Assembly (NCBI GenBank): GCA_034530875.2
Contig: JAVRCJ020000006.1
Coordinates: 160,001 to 224,000 of the forward strand
Reading direction: 5' to 3'
Length of the DNA: 64,000 nucleotides
From: Nostoc sp. DedSLP01
GTDB lineage: Bacteria; Cyanobacteriota; Cyanobacteriia; Cyanobacteriales; Nostocaceae
This document shows, piece by piece, positions 1 to 10,144 of the stretch; within the stretch, counting starts at the first letter, position 1, and every line of letters starts with the position of its first letter. The notes under the pieces were generated by a model. The model had not been told where the DNA came from. It worked only from the letters and a program-made list of their open reading frames with translations, and made no database searches. The position numbers and the translations under genes were made by a program.

Positions 1-8
1 AGCAACAG

Positions 9-494
9 TTGCTGGTACAGGGTGAAATTTTAGTAGAAACCCGATCGCACAAGGCATGGGGTGGCGCTGTCACAGCTTGGATGTATTTGCCAATGGTGCG
101 ATCGCAAGTCTGGCAGCAATTAACTGATTACCCCCGCTGGGTACAGTATTTTCCAGATATTACTAAGAGCGAAGTAATACATCGAGGTGAAGTTAAACGC
201 CTGTATCAAGCAGCACAAAAAGCTTTCTTGTTTTTCACGGCTCAAGTAGAAATTTACCTCAATGTTGTAGAAGTGTTAGGTCAACAAATCCAATTCCGTA
301 TGGAAAAAGGAACTTTTGAGGACTTTGACGCTCGTTTAGAACTCAAAGATTGCGGTAATGGCACTTTACTCGCTTATACTGTCCAAGCTACACCTAATAT
401 TCCGATTCCATCGATTTTCATTCAACAAGCAATGAACTTTGAATTACCTGCGAATATGCGTAAAATGCGCCAAGTTATCTGTAAGAGTCATTGA
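9..494 (+). CDS. SRPBCC/polyketide cyclase-dehydrase (START-fold) family protein, probably 5'-truncated by window edge
   Basis: ORF with 'VWQQLTDYPRWVQYFPDI' START/cyclase motif; frame is open to the window start. Confidence 0.75.
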   Translation: MLVQGEILVETRSHKAWGGAVTAWMYLPMVRSQVWQQLTDYPRWVQYFPDITKSEVIHRGEVKRLYQAAQKAFLFFTAQVEIYLNVVEVLGQQIQFRMEKGTFEDFDARLELKDCGNGTLLAYTVQATPNIPIPSIFIQQAMNFELPANMRKMRQVICKSH

Positions 495-720
495 ATAAGG
501 CAGGGGGCAGGGGGCAGGAGGCAGAAGGCCAATTAGAGGGAGTCTGCTGAATCACCCTCTAATTGTTCGTATGATTGCGTTCCCGAAGGGTAGACCACTA
601 AATCTCAGATTTAGTGGGGATCTTAAACCCAGTTTGGGCTGCGGCTTAAGACTTACCTTAAAACTGTTTCTTGACTTATCACCTCTGCCCTCAGCATAGC
701 TGCCTTGCCCGAAGGGCAGA

Positions 721-845
721 TAAACCTCTTGCAAAACTCTTTTTGCACTCTTGGGGAAAAGGGATGCATGTAAAAGGGAAAGGGTTTTTTCTTATCGCTT
801 CCCCCTTTCCCCCTTACCCTTTTCCCGACTTTTGCAAGAAGTCTA
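721..845. mobile_element. MITE-like element with ~16 bp terminal inverted repeats
   Basis: taaacctcttgcaaaa (721-736) vs ttttgcaagaagtcta (830-845), 14/16 complementary; TA ends; purine/pyrimidine-tract interior. Confidence 0.55.
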
Positions 846-1018
846 ATAAACAATTCTGCCATTACCTGAATTTTCGTTCAGTCCGTCTCCCGTGGAATAG
901 GGTTCGGTTAAAGAGCAAAGGCAAAAAGCATAATTTTAAACCTTCCCCTTTTGCCTGCCCGCATTACAGATGAGAAGTACTTATCTGAAACGTATTGCTC
1001 TGCCTTGTCAACGAATTC

Positions 1019-1888
1019 TTATTTAGTATTGAAAAACGAAATGGATTTTTGAAATCGATTCATTATCGATTCAGGTAATCGTTGCGGATACTTAGAAAAA
1101 TAGAAAATTCTTAATTGAATGAAGTTTATAATTAAAGCGAATCGAACCTCCCATTGTTCAATAAAGGAAAGTGTTTTGGCATACTCCTTAAATAATTGTT
1201 GGACTCGGGTTTGATTTGTTCCATTTGTAGAATCATCAAAAGTTTTTGTTCCTGGATAATATCTATAATTTCCCCAAGTTTCATTAAAATATTTTACATT
1301 AGCTACTTTAACTGCTTTAAGTAGAAAATCTATATCCATTGCATAATGTTCTTCAACTTTGTATAGTCCAATTTGTTCGTGCAAGGATTTATGGTAGAAG
1401 TAAGCCGATGGATTCATAGGATAAGCACAATCAATGATTCCATCATCATTAATTTGTATTCTCATCAGTAAGTTTACTGTCTGTAGCCGTTTAGGTTTGT
1501 TAATCTGAATTAACCTGTCTTGACTATCCAAGATATTACAATTTCCAACAATCAAGCTAGGTTCTGGTAAAGTTTTAAATAACTCATAGATGCGACTAAT
1601 AGCATTTGCCTCATAGAAATCATCAACGTTTAAAAAACTGATAATTGCTCCTTTTGCCATAGCAATTCCTTTATTCATTGCATCTGATTGTCCCCGATCT
1701 TTTTCAGAAATCCAGCGAATGTGGGGATATTGATTAGCGTAAAGTTTGATAATATCTATTGTTTTGTCGGTCGAACCACCATCGACAATGATATGCTCAA
1801 CATCGATACAATTTTGATTAATGACAACTTGAATGCAGGATTCTATAAATTTTTCACTGTTATAAGTTGGCGTAATGATACTAATCAT
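1019..1888 (-). CDS. glycosyltransferase family 2
   Basis: 'ISIITPTYN', 'IIVDGGSTD', 'GQSDAMNKG', 'FLNVDD' GT-A motifs. Confidence 0.9.
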   Translation of the reverse strand: MISIITPTYNSEKFIESCIQVVINQNCIDVEHIIVDGGSTDKTIDIIKLYANQYPHIRWISEKDRGQSDAMNKGIAMAKGAIISFLNVDDFYEANAISRIYELFKTLPEPSLIVGNCNILDSQDRLIQINKPKRLQTVNLLMRIQINDDGIIDCAYPMNPSAYFYHKSLHEQIGLYKVEEHYAMDIDFLLKAVKVANVKYFNETWGNYRYYPGTKTFDDSTNGTNQTRVQQLFKEYAKTLSFIEQWEVRFALIINFIQLRIFYFSKYPQRLPESIMNRFQKSISFFNTK

Positions 1889-1992
1889 GAATTATCACCT
1901 TAGAAAAGTGAATTGGACTAGAAAAAGCTTTCCTAATATCCAATTATTTTGATAAACATAATTTATAATTCCCATTTTTTGCCTAAATAATT

Positions 1993-2027
1993 CAAAAACC
2001 CGTTCTCTATGAGAAAACGGGTTTTTG
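1993..2027 (-). terminator. intrinsic terminator downstream of clpB
   Basis: caaaaacccgtt...aacgggtttttg inverted repeat with A/T tails ~25 bp after the clpB stop. Confidence 0.75.
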
Positions 2028-2052
2028 TGTGTGATTTGTGTGTGAAGTAAAA

Positions 2053-4671
2053 CTATCCAGTAAACACCTCAACAGGCAAACGGCCAAAGGCCAGACGCTC
2101 ATTTTGCACATCTACAAATATGGTGTCACCGTCGTTAAATTCGCCGCGCAAGATGGCTTTGGCAATTTGCGTTTCTAACTCCCGCTGAATCGCCCGTTTT
2201 AGCGGACGCGCTCCAAATACTGGGTCGTACCCTACTTCTGCTAAAAAGTCAAGAGCAGCATCGGAGAGTTTGAGAGAAATCTTGCGATCGCCCAGTCTTT
2301 GCCGCAATCTTTCCACTTGCAATTGCACGATTCGGCGTAATTCCTGCTTGTTCAAACCGTGGAAGATGATGATTTCGTCAATCCGATTGAGGAATTCTGG
2401 ACGGAAACTATTTCGCATCGCCTCCATCACGCGACGGCGCATTTCCTCGTAATGGGCGTTATCGCCAGCGATATCGAGAATGTACTGGGAACCGATGTTG
2501 CTAGTCATGATGATGATAGCGTTCTTGAAGTCCACAGTATGACCTTGGGCATCAGTTACGCGACCATCATCGAGAATTTGCAAGAAGATATTGAATACAT
2601 CAGGGTGTGCTTTTTCGATTTCGTCGAAGAGAATCACTGAGTATGGACGACGACGAATCGCTTCAGTTAATTGTCCGCCTTCTTCATAACCCACGTATCC
2701 TGGAGGCGCACCAATTAAGCGAGAGACAGCGTGTTTTTCCATATATTCCGACATATCGATTCGCACGAGTGCTTCTTCGGTGTCGAACATATACGCCGCC
2801 AAGGCTTTTGCTAATTCGGTTTTACCAACACCCGTCGGCCCGAGGAAAATAAAGCTAGCGATGGGACGATTGGGATCTGCCAATCCAGCACGCGATCGCT
2901 GAATTGCATCAGCTACGGCTGTGACTGCTTCTTGTTGTCCAACTACGCGGCGGTGTAATTCATCTTCTAAATGCAACAGTTTTTCTTTCTCTGATTCCAC
3001 CAACTTGCTGATGGGAATTCCTGTCCATTTAGAAATAACTTCAGCAATATCAGCTTCGGTTACTTCCTCACGCAGCAGAGATTTCCCAGTTTTTTGAGCA
3101 TTCGATAATTCGCTTTCTGCTGCTTCTAATTTGCGGTGTAAATCGGTTAATTTACCGTATTTCAACTCAGCAGCGCGGTTGAGGTCGTAGTCGCGTTCTG
3201 CTTGTTGAATTTCCAAATTCACCCGTTCAATTTCTTTTTTAACGGACTGAATTTTGTCAATGATATCTTTTTCAGATTGCCATTGAGCGTTGAGAGTGCT
3301 TTGTTCTTCTTTGAGGTCGGCAATTTCCTTTTCTAGTCTCTCTAAACGTTCCCGAGAAGCTGCATCGCTTTCTTTTTGTAGCGATAACTTCTCCATTTCT
3401 AATTGCAGAATCTTGCGGTCAATTTCGTCGAGTTCTTCCGGTTTAGAGGTAATCTCCATTTTCAACCTAGCAGCCGCTTCATCTACTAAGTCAATGGCTT
3501 TATCTGGTAAAAAGCGATCGCTAATATAACGACTCGATAATATCGCCGCTGCAACTAAAGCACTATCGGAAATCTTCACCCCGTGGTGGTTTTCATAACG
3601 TTCCCTCAAGCCGCGCAAAATGGAAATCGCATCTTCGACACTAGGCTGATCGACATAAACTTGTTGGAAACGTCTTTCTAGTGCGGCATCTTTTTCGATA
3701 TATTTGCGATATTCATCCAAAGTTGTCGCCCCAATACAGCGCAATTCGCCCCGCGCCAGCATTGGTTTTAATAAGTTACCAGCATCCATCGCGCCTTGGG
3801 TAGCACCAGCACCGACAACGGTATGAATTTCATCAATAAATAGAACAATATTGCCGCCAGATTCGGTAACTTCTTTTAATACTGCTTTTAGACGTTCTTC
3901 AAACTCACCCCGGAATTTTGCCCCAGCAATTAAAGCACCCATATCTAAAGCAATTAGCTTGCGGTCTTTAAGAGATTGGGGGACATCACCAGCGACAATG
4001 CGCTGTGCTAATCCTTCAGCGATCGCAGTTTTACCAACACCAGGTTCGCCGATTAATACAGGATTATTCTTAGTCCGGCGAGAGAGAATTTGTATAGTGC
4101 GGCGAATTTCATCATCGCGCCCAATCACTGGATCGAGCTGACCTTTTCGGGCTGCTTCTGTAAGGTCACGCCCATATTTTTCCAGTGCTTCGTACTTGCC
4201 TTCTGGATTTTGGTCAGTCACTTTTTGGCTCCCACGAATTTGTTTAATAATATCTTTTAGTTTCTTTTCGTTTAAAGCGAATTCTTGGAATATACCTTTG
4301 CCAAAGCGGTCATCTTTGGCATAAGCCAGTAATAAATGTTCAATTGAAATATATTCGTCTTGAAATTCTTGGCGATATCCGTCTGCGCGGTCTAAAAGTG
4401 TATCTAAACTGCGCCCTAAATAGACGGAAGTACTGCTACCAGAGACTTTCGGTTGACGTTGGATAAATTGTTCGGTGCGATCGCGCAGTTTTTGCAAGTT
4501 AACACTGGCTTTCGTCAACACACTGCTAGTTAGACCATCTTGTTCTAGCAGGGCTTTCATTAAATGTTCGCTTTCAATCTGCTGTTGTTGATATTGTTTA
4601 ACAATATCTGGCGTGTGGGCGATCGCTTCCCAGGCTTTTTCCGTAAATTGGTTTGGATTAGTAGGTTGCAT
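2053..4671 (-). CDS. clpB: ATP-dependent chaperone ClpB
   Basis: Two AAA+ modules ([16 protein letters not shown]), long coiled-coil middle domain, 872 aa. Confidence 0.97.
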   Translation of the reverse strand: MQPTNPNQFTEKAWEAIAHTPDIVKQYQQQQIESEHLMKALLEQDGLTSSVLTKASVNLQKLRDRTEQFIQRQPKVSGSSTSVYLGRSLDTLLDRADGYRQEFQDEYISIEHLLLAYAKDDRFGKGIFQEFALNEKKLKDIIKQIRGSQKVTDQNPEGKYEALEKYGRDLTEAARKGQLDPVIGRDDEIRRTIQILSRRTKNNPVLIGEPGVGKTAIAEGLAQRIVAGDVPQSLKDRKLIALDMGALIAGAKFRGEFEERLKAVLKEVTESGGNIVLFIDEIHTVVGAGATQGAMDAGNLLKPMLARGELRCIGATTLDEYRKYIEKDAALERRFQQVYVDQPSVEDAISILRGLRERYENHHGVKISDSALVAAAILSSRYISDRFLPDKAIDLVDEAAARLKMEITSKPEELDEIDRKILQLEMEKLSLQKESDAASRERLERLEKEIADLKEEQSTLNAQWQSEKDIIDKIQSVKKEIERVNLEIQQAERDYDLNRAAELKYGKLTDLHRKLEAAESELSNAQKTGKSLLREEVTEADIAEVISKWTGIPISKLVESEKEKLLHLEDELHRRVVGQQEAVTAVADAIQRSRAGLADPNRPIASFIFLGPTGVGKTELAKALAAYMFDTEEALVRIDMSEYMEKHAVSRLIGAPPGYVGYEEGGQLTEAIRRRPYSVILFDEIEKAHPDVFNIFLQILDDGRVTDAQGHTVDFKNAIIIMTSNIGSQYILDIAGDNAHYEEMRRRVMEAMRNSFRPEFLNRIDEIIIFHGLNKQELRRIVQLQVERLRQRLGDRKISLKLSDAALDFLAEVGYDPVFGARPLKRAIQRELETQIAKAILRGEFNDGDTIFVDVQNERLAFGRLPVEVFTG

Positions 4672-4977
4672 AGGCTTTTTTAGGAACGTAAAGGCAGAGC
4701 AGCTTGTCAGAGGCTACCACCAGAACACCAAGTCAATAAAATTTCTGTTCTCACATAGATATTGTAAGAATAGGAGAGCGATCGCCTAGATCGGTGTTCA
4801 CGTCTTATAAAAGTCGTATTTTCCCGTAGTTCCTATTTCGCATTCATTGCTTTGCTATAAGTAAAACGATGTGAAAAAACCAAACTATGTTAAGAAAAAT
4901 TAAATAGACTCAAATCCTCTTCCCTCCTGCCTCCTGCCTCATCCCAATGATAAATATTCACACCGACCCACTTATGA

Positions 4978-5370
4978 CTACGGAAACAAACTCAAGCGAA
5001 TCCATAATGCCACTTGAGAAGTACTGTTCATCTCCAAATATTCGACAGTGACTTTTCCAGAAGAAGTAATGCCTATAATCTTGCCAGATTGAGTATCAAC
5101 CTGAAAATGCTCGCTCCACTTATCCTGTCTGGGATGAAAGAAACTAACTTCAGTGTTGGAAGCAGGCATAATGCCACTAATACGAGTTCCTTTACGGAGA
5201 TTACACGAGCGACAGCCAAGAGCTAAATTTGCTTCGTTATTTTCACCTTGCCGAGAGAGTAGGATAATATGCTCAACCTCAAATGGAAAATTAAAGATTA
5301 ATTTAGGGGCTTGGCAGTACTCACAGCGATGATTGGCACGCGCGGCGATCGCAGTGTAATACCGATTCAT
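4978..5370 (-). CDS. HNH endonuclease (putative toxin of a two-gene module)
   Basis: CEYC...EHI...NLALGCRSCNLRKG zinc-binding HNH signature; 4-bp overlap with upstream gene. Confidence 0.85.
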   Translation of the reverse strand: MNRYYTAIAARANHRCEYCQAPKLIFNFPFEVEHIILLSRQGENNEANLALGCRSCNLRKGTRISGIMPASNTEVSFFHPRQDKWSEHFQVDTQSGKIIGITSSGKVTVEYLEMNSTSQVALWIRLSLFP

Positions 5371-5729
5371 GAACTCTCTTGCTGAATCAATGCAGCTGTT
5401 CTGACTGTTGCTGCTCTTAATTCTGCCTCAACCAAGGTATCCAGTTCTGCTTGTTGCTCTGGTGGCAATGCTTGTCCCCGATCTCGTGCCGATCGCCATA
5501 AACTCATCAATTCCGATAACCGTTTTTGTTGTTTAGCACTGAAAAACGGGTCAGGTTTAAAGTTTTGAATGACAAGCAGTGCGCTGAACTCCGTTTCTCC
5601 CAACTGAGTAGTTAACGCATCTAGGGCTTGCCCCGCAGTTTTGCCAACAGAGTGCTTATCCCCTGCAATGGCGCGATAAGTTTTTTCACCATCAGCATCA
5701 AAAATTGGCAAGATTGCTACTGTTGTCAT
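5367..5729 (-). CDS. hypothetical protein, putative antitoxin partner of HNH
   Basis: 120 aa ORF with ATGA overlap to the HNH gene; helical C-terminus 'QQKRLSELM...QQAELDTLVEAEL'. Confidence 0.65.
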   Translation of the reverse strand: MTTVAILPIFDADGEKTYRAIAGDKHSVGKTAGQALDALTTQLGETEFSALLVIQNFKPDPFFSAKQQKRLSELMSLWRSARDRGQALPPEQQAELDTLVEAELRAATVRTAALIQQESS

Positions 5730-5869
5730 GCTTTCAGTTTGGAATCCTTTGCCTCAAATTATAGCTTTACACGAACAACACCCGACCAAGCGATTATATG
5801 CCTCCACCATTCTCCTCGTACCCACAGACAGAGTTAACATAATTCAAGGTCGCTTAGTGGATACTGAAA

Positions 5870-6238
5870 ATGATTGACTCCTACGACTTTGAGGATAATG
5901 ACTTTGAGGATGAGGATTTATTTCTAATGAAATCCATAAGTCAAATGAGTGAAGGAGAAAAGCTACAGCGATTTAAGCGTTTCTTTGACAGTAGCAGCCG
6001 CGCTATGTTACATGAGTGCCTATTTCGGATTGTCGAAAACAAAGATAGTTTGGGTACTTTGGCAATTCTTTGCCCTAATGAAGTTGTCAGACAACGCCTT
6101 TCCAAAAAAAAGCGCAAAATCACCAACAATATTAACAGCTGTTGGAGTCATGTTAGATGGTTTTCCCTATGTCTTCAACAAGATGGTGAATTGCATTGCC
6201 AAAAATTTACCCGCAACGGTGATTTGGTAACACATTAA
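5870..6238 (+). CDS. hypothetical protein (acidic N-terminus)
   Basis: ATG-start 122 aa ORF filling the gap; no recognisable motif. Confidence 0.6.
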   Translation: MIDSYDFEDNDFEDEDLFLMKSISQMSEGEKLQRFKRFFDSSSRAMLHECLFRIVENKDSLGTLAILCPNEVVRQRLSKKKRKITNNINSCWSHVRWFSLCLQQDGELHCQKFTRNGDLVTH

Positions 6239-6240
6239 TT

Positions 6241-6322
6241 GTGGGAGTAGGGAATAGGGAATAGGGAAATGAGAGAGAAAAACTAATAATAACTAATGAC
6301 TAATAACTAATAACTAATTACC
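6241..6322. repeat. STRR-type short tandem heptamer repeats
   Basis: (gggaata)n followed by (actaat[a/g])n; similar arrays at 6643-6670, 31057-31082, 39563-39592, 46737-46786. Confidence 0.8.
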
Positions 6323-6323
6323 A

Positions 6324-6578
6324 ATGACTAAAAAACAAAAATTTCCTTATTTACTTGGTTCTAAGTGGACAGCACAGCAAAAAGTAGACGGATGGAGACA
6401 TTTCCAAGTTATCAACCGTAAAAATCAGGGTAAGTGGGTTTATGCTGAAATGGTGGCTGCTTGCGATCCCAAAGTTCGTTTTTGGATAAATGCCAAATTA
6501 TTACAAGATAACTCGCAGTGGCAAGCTGGCTGGCAAACATTACAGCAAATCGAGGAACTAAAAGATGATGTGTCTTGA
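6324..6578 (+). CDS. TIGR02450-type Trp-rich small protein
   Basis: 'LLGSKWTA...GWRHFQV...W...GW' pattern. Confidence 0.8.
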   Translation: MTKKQKFPYLLGSKWTAQQKVDGWRHFQVINRKNQGKWVYAEMVAACDPKVRFWINAKLLQDNSQWQAGWQTLQQIEELKDDVS

Positions 6579-6674
6579 TTGCCTGAAATAGAGAAATTGA
6601 AATAAATCCTAATCTAAGTTTGGTAGCCAGCGATAAAATCTTAACTAATGACTAATGACTAATAACTAATAATC

Positions 6675-6706
6675 AAAAAAGGACAGGTACAAAACCTGTC
6701 CTAAAA
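6675..6706. terminator. intrinsic terminator between convergent genes
   Basis: aggacaggt / acctgtcct stem preceded by an A-run (U-tract on the minus strand, for ndhD1). Confidence 0.75.
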
Positions 6707-6735
6707 TAATATTAGTTGAAAAGAGCGATCGCTAT

Positions 6736-8313
6736 CTAATTAGCAATTTCTGGCGCACTCAAAGAAACCTTTGGTACTTCTGGTTTTTGTTGTGCTAATG
6801 TTGGCACTGAATTCCGCAATCTTGCTGTCAATTGTACAGTTGTAGAGTCGTACATTTGAGTGAGTAATTTCGGATAGAAACCAATACCAATAATTGGCAC
6901 TAACAAGCAAGCAATGATAAATACTTCACGGGGTTCAGCATCTATCAAAGCTTGATGAGAAACTAATTCTTTGTTCTCTTGACCGTAGAAAATTTCGCGC
7001 AACATTGACAGCAGATAAATCGGAGTTAAAATCACCCCAACTGCCATTAAGAAGACGATGATAACTTTGAAAGTAGAGCTATAAGCATCGCTAGTAGCAA
7101 AGCCAACAAATACCATTAATTCTGCTACGAAACCGCTCATTCCTGGCAATGCCAACGATGCCATTGAACAAGTGGTGAACATCGCAAAAATTTTCTGCAT
7201 TCTCTTACCGACACCACCCATTTCATCCAACATGAGGGTGTGTGTCCGGTCGTAAGTTGCACCTACAAGAAAGAACAAACTCGCCCCGATTAAACCGTGG
7301 GAAACCATTTGCAATACTGCCCCACTTAACCCCAAATCGGTAAAGGAAGCAATCCCAATGGTGACAAAACCCATGTGAGAAATTGAAGAGTAGGCAATTT
7401 TTCGCTTCAGGTTCCGCTGCGCAAAGGATGTCAGGGCAGCGTAGATAATATTTACTACCCCCAAAACCACCAATACTGGCGCAAAATAAGCGTGGGCGTC
7501 AGGTAGCATTTGGGCATTCATCCGAATTAGAGCGTAACCGCCCATTTTCAGGAGAATACCTGCAAGCAGCATGTGTACGGGGGCTGTAGCTTCACCGTGG
7601 GCATCAGGTAGCCAGGTGTGCAAGGGAATAATCGGCAACTTGACGGCGTAGGCAATTAGGAAGCCAGCGTAAACCAAAAGTTGGAAATTGAGGGCGTAGT
7701 CTTTGAGGCCGAGCGATCGCATGTCAAAGGTGACTGTATCGCCATAAAAGGCCATTGTCAAAGCACCGACCAAAATAAACAGCGAACCACCGGCAGTGTA
7801 CAAAATAAACTTGGTGGCTGCATATTGCCGCCTTTTGCCTCCCCAAATTGCCAGCAGTAGGTAAACCGGAATTAATTCCAACTCCCACACTAGGAAGAAC
7901 AGCAGCATATCCTGGACGGCGAAGACGGCAATTTGACCGCCATACATCGCCAAGAGCAAAAAGTAAAATAGCTTGGGCTTGAAGGTCACAGGCCAAGCTG
8001 CTAAGGTCGCTAGGGTGGTAATGAATCCAGTCAAAATAATCAGAGGCATGGACAAGCCATCAGCCCCTACCGACCATTTCAAATCGAGTTGTGGTACCCA
8101 GGCGTAACTTTCCGCCAACTGCAAATCTGGATTGGAGAAATCGTATCCAGTATAAAAAGCGTAAACAATCAGTGCAAAATCTATCAGCCCGACAATCAGG
8201 GAGTACCAGCGCACTGTTTTGCCGTCTTTATCTGGGATGATGGGAATTAGTAGTGACGCCGCTATCGGAAACAGAATAATCGTCGTCAGCCACGGGAAAT
8301 TAGCTGTATTCAT
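6736..8313 (-). CDS. ndhD1: NAD(P)H-quinone oxidoreductase subunit 4 (NdhD1)
   Basis: '[13 protein letters not shown]', 'GILLKMGGY', 'AYSSISHMG'; lies downstream of ndhF1. Confidence 0.93.
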   Translation of the reverse strand: MNTANFPWLTTIILFPIAASLLIPIIPDKDGKTVRWYSLIVGLIDFALIVYAFYTGYDFSNPDLQLAESYAWVPQLDLKWSVGADGLSMPLIILTGFITTLATLAAWPVTFKPKLFYFLLLAMYGGQIAVFAVQDMLLFFLVWELELIPVYLLLAIWGGKRRQYAATKFILYTAGGSLFILVGALTMAFYGDTVTFDMRSLGLKDYALNFQLLVYAGFLIAYAVKLPIIPLHTWLPDAHGEATAPVHMLLAGILLKMGGYALIRMNAQMLPDAHAYFAPVLVVLGVVNIIYAALTSFAQRNLKRKIAYSSISHMGFVTIGIASFTDLGLSGAVLQMVSHGLIGASLFFLVGATYDRTHTLMLDEMGGVGKRMQKIFAMFTTCSMASLALPGMSGFVAELMVFVGFATSDAYSSTFKVIIVFLMAVGVILTPIYLLSMLREIFYGQENKELVSHQALIDAEPREVFIIACLLVPIIGIGFYPKLLTQMYDSTTVQLTARLRNSVPTLAQQKPEVPKVSLSAPEIAN

Positions 8314-8543
8314 CGCAATTCGTCTGCTATCAAAATCATGTTTGGCAAAAAGTCACTAGTTATTAACTAACAGCTTTTTGGGGATTTGGTCTTAGTCGTT
8401 AGGTTGATTTAATTAAATTGCCTATCCCAGATTTTTCGGTTGGGAGTCTATTTTGACATCTGGTGGTGCGGAATGTGAGTAGGTACTCCCAGTCAAGTCA
8501 AAAATTTACCCGAAAAAAGCTGCTAGGCTAGAGTTTTAGGGAT

Positions 8544-8686
8544 GCGATCGCGTAGTAAAATCTGGCGATCGCTAAAAATACACGATGCTGTTTGGTGGTT
8601 GTCAAAAAAGCGATTTGGTGCAAAAAAGTATGACAAGAGAAACAACCATAATGATAATGGCACAAATTGAAAATTAGGTTCGTTAT
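8544..8686 (+). repeat. direct repeat copy 1 (two HIP1 sites, upstream region and pseudogenised 5' end of the antitoxin gene at 9726)
   Basis: ~90% identical to 9618-9761 by hand alignment; reads MIMAQIEN*VRY versus MIMAQIESQIRY. Confidence 0.9.
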
Positions 8687-8753
8687 CAGCTACCAATCCT
8701 TTGTACACCTGATAAATTTTTGATGTCCAAAAGAAATCGATCGCACACCTAAA

Positions 8754-9023
8754 ATGCAAATTACCATCGAAATCCCCGACGAGATTGCCCATCAACTCGC
8801 TAATACCCCTGACCAACTTTCCCGCCGCGCCCTAGAATCTTTAGTGGTCGAAGCTTATCGCCATCGGCAACTTTCTACTGCCCAAGTTCAGCGTCTGTTA
8901 AATCTCTCTTCTCGACTAGCTACCGATGCTTTTCTCAAAGCCTATGAAGCTTACCTACCCTACACCGCAGCTGACTTAGAGCAAGACTTGGCAGCTATTG
9001 ACCAAGCCGTTACTCAGCAATGA
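8754..9023 (+). CDS. UPF0175 family antitoxin-like protein
   Basis: 'MQITIEIPDEIA...LESLVVEAYR...LSTAQVQRLL' pattern; overlaps downstream PIN gene. Confidence 0.85.
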   Translation: MQITIEIPDEIAHQLANTPDQLSRRALESLVVEAYRHRQLSTAQVQRLLNLSSRLATDAFLKAYEAYLPYTAADLEQDLAAIDQAVTQQ

Positions 9024-9505
9024 CCGTTGTTTGCGATACTTCACCCCTGTGCTATCTAATCTTGATTGATTGTGTTGAAGTTCTGCCTCAGCTTTTCAGT
9101 CGCGTCACCATCCCCAATGCTGTCTGCACAGAACTCCTTGCCGAAGGCTCCTACACCCAAGTTCAAAACTGGATTGCCCGCCCCCCAAGCTGGTTAGAAA
9201 TTCAAACTACCACGTCTGTGTTACCCAACCTATCCACTAAACTTGGCATAGGTGAGCAAGAAGCCATTTCTCTGGCTGTCCAACTCAACGCAGCCTTGAT
9301 TATCTTAGATGATATGGATGCTCGGCTCTCAGCGATCGCTCAGGGTCTCAATGTAACAGGCTTACTCGGTGTTCTTTATCGTGCGGGAACCCAAGATCTA
9401 ATTGATTTTCCTAACGCCATTTCTAGATTGCAATTAACTACCTTTCGTGCATCTTCTACCCTCATCCAAAGTTTTTTAGAGCGTTATTACCAAGAACGAG
9501 GTTAA
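9020..9505 (+). CDS. DUF3368 / PIN-domain (VapC-like) protein
   Basis: 'VVCDTSPL', 'LGIGEQEAISLA', 'IILDDMDAR', 'GLLGVL' PIN acidic motifs. Confidence 0.88.
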   Translation: MTVVCDTSPLCYLILIDCVEVLPQLFSRVTIPNAVCTELLAEGSYTQVQNWIARPPSWLEIQTTTSVLPNLSTKLGIGEQEAISLAVQLNAALIILDDMDARLSAIAQGLNVTGLLGVLYRAGTQDLIDFPNAISRLQLTTFRASSTLIQSFLERYYQERG

Positions 9506-9568
9506 TTTTGCCATGTTCGTCAACCCAAAACTAGTACCTGTATTCATCTGGTCGCAAGAAGAGGTGAC

Positions 9569-9649
9569 ATGAAGGAGGGCAGTAAATATCAGCCACTCCT
9601 GGAATTTTTACGTGGCAGCGATCGCGTAGTCCAACCTGGCGATCGCTAA
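9569..9649 (+). pseudogene. 5' stub of a gene (MKEGSKYQPLLEFLRGS...), probably a cyanobacterial HTH-type regulator, broken at a HIP1 site
   Basis: RBS-like gaggtg at 9561, ATG at 9569; the frame runs into GCGATCGC at 9618 where repeat copy 2 starts; family recalled from the 'SKYxPL' N-terminus, not searched. Confidence 0.6.
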
Positions 9650-9761
9650 AAATACACCATACTGTTTGGTGGTTGTCGAAAAAAGGAATTTGCTGCAAAA
9701 AAGTATGACAAGAGAAATAACCATAATGATAATGGCACAAATTGAAAGTCAGATTCGTTAT
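9618..9761 (+). repeat. direct repeat copy 2
   Basis: See 8544-8686. Confidence 0.9.
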
Positions 9762-9983
9762 GTAACAAACGCAGATGGAGAAACAACTGATGTACTCGTT
9801 CCTGTAGAACTTTGGCAACAGCTTATAAGTTCCATAAATTCTGATAACGTCAGTGGTTTAGCTTGGATTGATGAAAAAGAGCCAAAAGCACAAATATTAG
9901 CTGACCTGCAAGAGTCTGTGCGACAAGCAGCAGCAGGACAAAGTTTGCCAGTTTCAGAGCTTTGGGACGATATCACAGCTTAG
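9726..9983 (+). CDS. orphan antitoxin-like protein
   Basis: 'YVTNADGETTDVLVPVELWQQL' N-terminus and 'LQESVRQAAAGQSLPVSELWD' C-terminus typical of RelE-associated antitoxins; start could be 9714, 9726 or 9732. Confidence 0.7.
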   Translation: MIMAQIESQIRYVTNADGETTDVLVPVELWQQLISSINSDNVSGLAWIDEKEPKAQILADLQESVRQAAAGQSLPVSELWDDITA

Positions 9984-9993
9984 AATAAGAAAA

Positions 9994-10116
9994 CTAAGTT
10001 GCATATCTAATAATCTCCAATTCTGCTCCATTATTAACAGCTAATTCTGCTTTTTCTAAAACTTTTACACTTTGTAAATGAATCTTTAGCTCTTCTTCGA
10101 TACTTTCACGTAACAT
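9994..10116 (-). pseudogene. possible 3' gene remnant (MLRESIEEELKIHLQSVKVLEKAELAVNNGAELEIIRYAT)
   Basis: 40-codon protein-like open frame read by hand; in-frame stop shortly upstream. Confidence 0.3.
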
Positions 10117-10144
10117 AGATTTTGAGTGAGCTTAAGCAATTGCT

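Noticed and set aside
552..973. Three short ORFs
   Set aside because: They are translations of the repeat mosaic
5949..6230. 93-aa ORF overlapping 5870-6238 in another frame
   Set aside because: Fully nested with a GTG start and no motif; no evidence for dual coding
8523..9818. Minus-strand ORFs 8523-8816 and 9531-9818 sharing 'FFDNHQT..CIFSDRQ'
   Set aside because: The similarity is only the antisense reading of the 143-bp direct repeat
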